From an uncultured virus (IMG/VR IMGVR_UViG_3300044858_003318) (Duplodnaviria > Heunggongvirae > Uroviricota > Caudoviricetes), in the IMG/VR virus record IMGVR_UViG_3300044858_003318: DNA of 64,000 nt, one strand, 5' to 3'. The position numbers and the translations under genes were made by a program. The notes beneath the pieces are model-generated. The model searched no databases. It was not told the origin of the DNA and was given only the letters and a program-made list of their open reading frames with translations. Positions 59,678-64,000 of the stretch are shown piece by piece; position 1 is the first letter of the stretch; each line of letters begins with the position of its first letter.

Positions 59678-59715
59678 TATAACTTATAATAATAAATTTT
59701 TTAAAACTATCCAAG

Positions 59716-60069
59716 TTAATCACGCTCAATTATAGCGCCGTTTTCCCAATCTTCCCAAACTTCTACTTTGTATAGTTCTGGAAATTGATCTAATAACCAT
59801 TCGCCAATTGCTTCACATGACATTGGTCCGAATTCTAACACATTGGCAAAGCCTTTTTCGAAGCTCAATTGTAATGTTCTTTTTATTTCACGATTCAATA
59901 AAATAAATTCTTTGTCGCGATCTGTATGTGTTACTGTTGCATAACAACGAAACCCGAACATATGACGATGTCTATCTGATAAAAATGCTACTGGTGGAAA
60001 TATGTCTTTTGCTGCAGGCCAACAATGAAACCCTTCCATACTAAATGTTACTACTACGCTGTACTTCAT
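59716..60069 (-). CDS. dpdL: T-fold QueD paralogue (DpdL-like)
   Basis: LSDRHRHMF = LxxxHRHxF, SCE.I, VEV.ED.ENGA. Confidence 0.7.
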   Translation of the reverse strand: MKYSVVVTFSMEGFHCWPAAKDIFPPVAFLSDRHRHMFGFRCYATVTHTDRDKEFILLNREIKRTLQLSFEKGFANVLEFGPMSCEAIGEWLLDQFPELYKVEVWEDWENGAIIERD

Positions 60070-60457
60070 CTGCTATTTGTTTTTTAAATTTAGTGGTTGA
60101 CCATCCATGGTCTCTGTTTATGTAATGAATATCGATACCTAATTCCTTACCAGTAAAATCTTTTCCAATATAATCATCGCCTAAAAACCGTACATCTGGA
60201 TCGATTCCTTTAAGGAATTCATATAGTATTTCTTCGGTAGAATATGCTATAACTTCATCAATCATTTCTAATGAATACAACATTTCTTTTCGGTCATCTA
60301 AAGATAATATTGGTTTCATTTTCTCTGGGCGTTCTAAACTAGGATCTTCATGTAATAATACTATTAACCAAGTACAATGTTTTTTACATTCTTTAAACAT
60401 TTTAATGTAACCTGGATGCATTACATCAAAATTACCTGCTATAACTCCTAATTTCAT
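60041..60457 (-). CDS. cytidylyltransferase (TagD-like)
   Basis: GNFDVMHPGY, GDDY, R.HGWSTT. Confidence 0.85.
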   Translation of the reverse strand: MKLGVIAGNFDVMHPGYIKMFKECKKHCTWLIVLLHEDPSLERPEKMKPILSLDDRKEMLYSLEMIDEVIAYSTEEILYEFLKGIDPDVRFLGDDYIGKDFTGKELGIDIHYINRDHGWSTTKFKKQIADEVQRSSNI

Positions 60458-60891
60458 AGTTCTTCATCAAATTTATAGTTATCAGGCTGAATTTCCATCA
60501 TATTGCACTTAGTAATCTGGTGCACACGATACCAACCAGCATCAATACTCAATGTATCGGTGTCTTTTAGCAGTTGTACTGCATCATCTTGTATACGATA
60601 AATAATGTGGCATCGATTAACAAGATCCACAGGAATGTTCTTTAAAGTGTCTTTAGCAGCTTCAATGGTTATAGCACAATTAGTTGTATCTAAAATATGC
60701 CGGATAATTGAAAGATATTGTGCATTATCTTCAATTTGTCGCATATATTCTATAGTAAAATAATAATGTGGATATTCTGTATATGATTTTACTTCTAGTT
60801 TATTGTTAACTAACTCTCTAACAAAGAATGTCATAATATCCGAATACCGACCTTCTACTTCGCGGCCGCGCCATTGCTTTTTTCCGTACAT
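60454..60891 (-). CDS. hypothetical protein, first gene of the modification operon
   Basis: W.GREVEGR....T.FV; class-I promoter at 60903-60932. Confidence 0.7.
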   Translation of the reverse strand: MYGKKQWRGREVEGRYSDIMTFFVRELVNNKLEVKSYTEYPHYYFTIEYMRQIEDNAQYLSIIRHILDTTNCAITIEAAKDTLKNIPVDLVNRCHIIYRIQDDAVQLLKDTDTLSIDAGWYRVHQITKCNMMEIQPDNYKFDEEL

Positions 60892-60944
60892 ATTTTTCTT
60901 TTATTATATGTAATAATATTAAAATAACCAAATGTTTTAACAGT

Positions 60945-60970
60945 AAAAAAGTGCAACGTTTAAATTGCAC
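60945..60970 (-). terminator. intrinsic terminator
   Basis: GTGCAA-N8-TTGCAC followed by T6; shares 16 nt with the terminator at 53460. Confidence 0.75.
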
Positions 60971-60984
60971 TTAAAATATTTAGT

Positions 60985-61371
60985 TTAACTTAACGGAGTA
61001 GAATCGTCTTCATTTTCTGGATCTACATACAATCCTAATTGTCGACCTAATGCTTTCATAATTTCAATTCCAGTTGCATCATCTATAGTAGAATCTATCG
61101 ATTTCATATATTTAAGAATTTCATCTGGATCTGTATCTTTTATAATCATGCTTTGTATGTTTAATACCATACGAGCTTGTTCTCGCTCTTTTGCACTTTT
61201 TCCAGAAAATACTTTTGCATATGTTGCAACTGCAGCTGCCAAAAGTCCTCCAGCTCCTATTGCCATTTTAGAAGCTGGAAATAAAATCCCAGGATGTTCT
61301 TCATTTAAATTTTTAGTTTTAAACCGACGCATATTTTCTGCTAGCAAATCTGTTAGTTTAATATTTGACAT
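60985..61371 (-). CDS. cassette protein with IKLTDLLAENMRRFKTKNLNE leader and hydrophobic segment
   Basis: leader shared with 53579-54016. Confidence 0.8.
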   Translation of the reverse strand: MSNIKLTDLLAENMRRFKTKNLNEEHPGILFPASKMAIGAGGLLAAAVATYAKVFSGKSAKEREQARMVLNIQSMIIKDTDPDEILKYMKSIDSTIDDATGIEIMKALGRQLGLYVDPENEDDSTPLS

Positions 61372-61419
61372 TAGTATCCTTTAACATAATTTTAATATAA
61401 ATATATGCAAAAAAAAAAA

Positions 61420-63930
61420 TCATTTACCAAAGCTAAAAAACTTTGCCGCATTATTATTTTCTGGCAATACGCCCCACGTCATTGCTGCATAGAAATCATC
61501 TAGTTTGCCTTTTAATTCGCGTTCAAACTGCTTGTTACGATCAATGTACATTGCAACAAAATCTACAATCTCCGTAGGATCCTGGTAACCTTTAAGTGCC
61601 ATGGTATCAAATCCATATGGATTATTTCGAAGATATGCCCATTTCACTTTATCACCATCTTTGATAGAAACTACATCAGTTGTTAATGTTGTTAACATGT
61701 CATTGTAATTAATTGCTGATTTAACATGAGCTGGCGAACCAGATAAATATCCACTAAAAGGTTTACGTTTCTTAGTATATTTAGATATTTCTTTAACACC
61801 TGAATTCTTCATTACACTTGTTAATTCTGCATTATTCAATGAATCTTTGAATTTTAAAATCATTTCAGATGTAGCTTGTTTGCTGTTTTGTTTCAAAATA
61901 TACCATAATGTTTCTTTCATTATAGTTTTAAACTCATCTGGGAATGATGATCTAACTACATCTAATCCTTTAATATCCATTTTGTTAGTAGGTTTACCTT
62001 CTTTAAAGATAACCCACTGTGCATATCTTTTCTTAGCAATCCATAAACCAGATTTTGCAACATATTCTTGTTTAATTGTGAACCGATGCGAATCTGTATT
62101 TAAAAATACTTTTGCATACTGGTTGTACATTGTGTTTACTTTAAGTTGTACTTCAGATGCAATTTCATTGGTTTTTTCAATCATGAATTGTTCGTCTGTT
62201 TCATCGAATCCAGGATAACGATGCTGTATGAGCGGTAAACTAGAAACAAATGTTGAATCTGTGTCAGTATAAAATGCAAACTCAGCTTGTTGACCGGATG
62301 CATTAATAAAGTTTGAATGTCCAATTTCTTTTTGGTAATGATTATTAATAACTTTTGCTGAAAATTTAATAATACTTTGTCCAGTTGCTGTAATAGCACC
62401 AGCATTATCTAAATCGTGGAATCGAAACGTTTTAAGTCCTAATACTCCATAAAATGAATTAAGCAATACTTTTTGTGTTAACTGCATTGCATCATAAAAC
62501 TTATAATCATCACTACCTACTTCATATTCATCACGCTTATCTTTAAATTCTACCCGCTCATCAAACCATTTTGCTAGAATTGTTGGTAAAAATCCTTTTA
62601 TATCGGTTCGATACACCGTTCCATTGCTAGCAACTGTATATTTATTATCGGTTAACCATTGTTTAACATCTGTAATCGTTTTGTTTCCAATTTGTACCGA
62701 TACCGGATCAGTTTTTAATAAACATGTTTCATCCCAATTAGCAATAACTCCGATCTTTGTTTCTGGAGATATGTTTAAACTCATAATGATACTCGGATAC
62801 AGAGATGTTAAATCCAAGTCATATATCCATTTATACAATCCAGGCACCGGTGCCATTACATATGCACCTGCCAACACATCAGCTGCAGTTTCTTCTTCAA
62901 TAAAACGGAATTGTTTATTTGGAGCTACATATCCATTACGTTTTAAATCTACTATAGCAGCACCATCTAGATATTTAGATGCATAATAAACATCTTCATA
63001 TGGTACATGTCCTTTATGACATATAGTCCGTGCTAAGTTTATGAACTGTAACTTTTCATCTAATTCATAAACCAAATCGGTATCTGTCATGTTGTAAAAA
63101 GCAAACTTGTGAATATCTTGTGTAAAAAGAACATCTAAATCACCTTCATATTCAACTTTACCTCGACCCAATTCTAGTTTTGCAACAGTATCTAATCGAT
63201 AATTTGGTAATTCGCTGTATGTAAAGTTTTTATATAGTTTCAAATAATCTAAACTAGAAACACCAAATATTTTCCATTTTTCCTTTTTTGGATTATAATC
63301 TACAATTCCAGCCGGACTTAATTTTTTGATGGCATTTACACCTAATACCTTTTTAGCACGACCCAATAAATATGGAATATCATATCCATCAGTGTTCCAT
63401 CCTGTAATTACAGTTGGTTGTACAGCCGCAAATATGTTTATAAATCTGGTTAAAAGATCTCTTTCGTCTCGAAATATTTCTAAAACATAACCATCGCCTT
63501 GTATTTCACGTTCTTTTATGCGATTCAGTTCGTCTAATATAAGTACTCGTCTATCATTACCAATTTTATCATAATATGCAATTGATGTTATAGCCGTGCG
63601 CGTATCATGTATAGTACTATATCCATTTTCATCTTTTGCTGTTTCAATATCAAAGAAAAAATCGCGATGTCCTTTTGATACTAAATCTGATTCATAGTAT
63701 AAATCTATCAGGGTTCGGACTTCTTCATTTAGATCAGATTCGTATGAAGCAGGATTATCTTTATGATTTCCTGGTATCTGTTTTAATGTAGTGCCGTCTA
63801 ATGATACATATGTTCCTGCAGAGTCTGGTAAATATGCATATGGTTTAAATGGAAATTTTTGATGTCCTAATTCATCATCCCACACGTGCATAGTACCGGA
63901 TTTTCTGTCATATGAAATATTTTGATACAT
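61420..63930 (-). CDS. family B DNA polymerase with 3'-5' exonuclease
   Basis: FDIET, GWN..GYD, DLTSLYPS, K..LNS.YG, YTDTDS, KKRYA. Confidence 0.97.
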   Translation of the reverse strand: MYQNISYDRKSGTMHVWDDELGHQKFPFKPYAYLPDSAGTYVSLDGTTLKQIPGNHKDNPASYESDLNEEVRTLIDLYYESDLVSKGHRDFFFDIETAKDENGYSTIHDTRTAITSIAYYDKIGNDRRVLILDELNRIKEREIQGDGYVLEIFRDERDLLTRFINIFAAVQPTVITGWNTDGYDIPYLLGRAKKVLGVNAIKKLSPAGIVDYNPKKEKWKIFGVSSLDYLKLYKNFTYSELPNYRLDTVAKLELGRGKVEYEGDLDVLFTQDIHKFAFYNMTDTDLVYELDEKLQFINLARTICHKGHVPYEDVYYASKYLDGAAIVDLKRNGYVAPNKQFRFIEEETAADVLAGAYVMAPVPGLYKWIYDLDLTSLYPSIIMSLNISPETKIGVIANWDETCLLKTDPVSVQIGNKTITDVKQWLTDNKYTVASNGTVYRTDIKGFLPTILAKWFDERVEFKDKRDEYEVGSDDYKFYDAMQLTQKVLLNSFYGVLGLKTFRFHDLDNAGAITATGQSIIKFSAKVINNHYQKEIGHSNFINASGQQAEFAFYTDTDSTFVSSLPLIQHRYPGFDETDEQFMIEKTNEIASEVQLKVNTMYNQYAKVFLNTDSHRFTIKQEYVAKSGLWIAKKRYAQWVIFKEGKPTNKMDIKGLDVVRSSFPDEFKTIMKETLWYILKQNSKQATSEMILKFKDSLNNAELTSVMKNSGVKEISKYTKKRKPFSGYLSGSPAHVKSAINYNDMLTTLTTDVVSIKDGDKVKWAYLRNNPYGFDTMALKGYQDPTEIVDFVAMYIDRNKQFERELKGKLDDFYAAMTWGVLPENNNAAKFFSFGK

Positions 63931-64000
63931 TTACTTTGTAATTTCTTTATTGTGTAATATACGAATAATTCCGTATAAATTAATTGATATGATGACAAAA
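63931..64000 (-). CDS. 3' end of an upstream gene (partial)
   Basis: open frame ...IISINLYGIIRILHNKEITK* abutting the polymerase start. Confidence 0.45.
   Translation of the reverse strand, partial: FVIISINLYGIIRILHNKEITK

Noticed and set aside
61420..63930. Intein or intron in the DNA polymerase (also checked thyA inserts)
   Set aside because: The polymerase is continuous and of normal length; the thyA inserts are too short and lack splice motifs

Overview
A 64-kb slice of a large (jumbo-type) dsDNA phage genome, very likely infecting a Bacteroidota host. The evidence for the host is a T9SS type-B C-terminal domain protein and Bacteroidota-like promoters with AT-rich leaders lacking Shine-Dalgarno sites. 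Nearly all genes are on the minus strand in standard code; the plus-strand ORFs are antisense shadows. In transcription order (right to left) the window holds: (1) family-B DNA polymerase; (2) a probable 7-deazaguanine DNA-modification operon (cytidylyltransferase, DpdL-like T-fold protein, glycosyltransferase, DpdA/TGT-like transglycosylase); (3) sliding clamp, dUTPase, clamp loader and a PD-(D/E)XK nuclease; (4) an ~18-kb glycan cluster with a candidate acyl-branched (erwiniose-type) sugar pathway; (5) a lysis block with an unusual PAS-PAS-coiled-coil-2TM protein; (6) a block of probable virion/internal proteins sharing an N-terminal 'MxKLKxLLxE' leader; (7) MoxR AAA + vWA, GroEL, ThyA, a thioesterase and a T9SS cargo protein; (8) a tRNA-Glu/tRNA-like/structured-ncRNA cluster; (9) many small early genes. 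Two promoter classes recur. All product calls come from motif recognition by eye; no database search was run.
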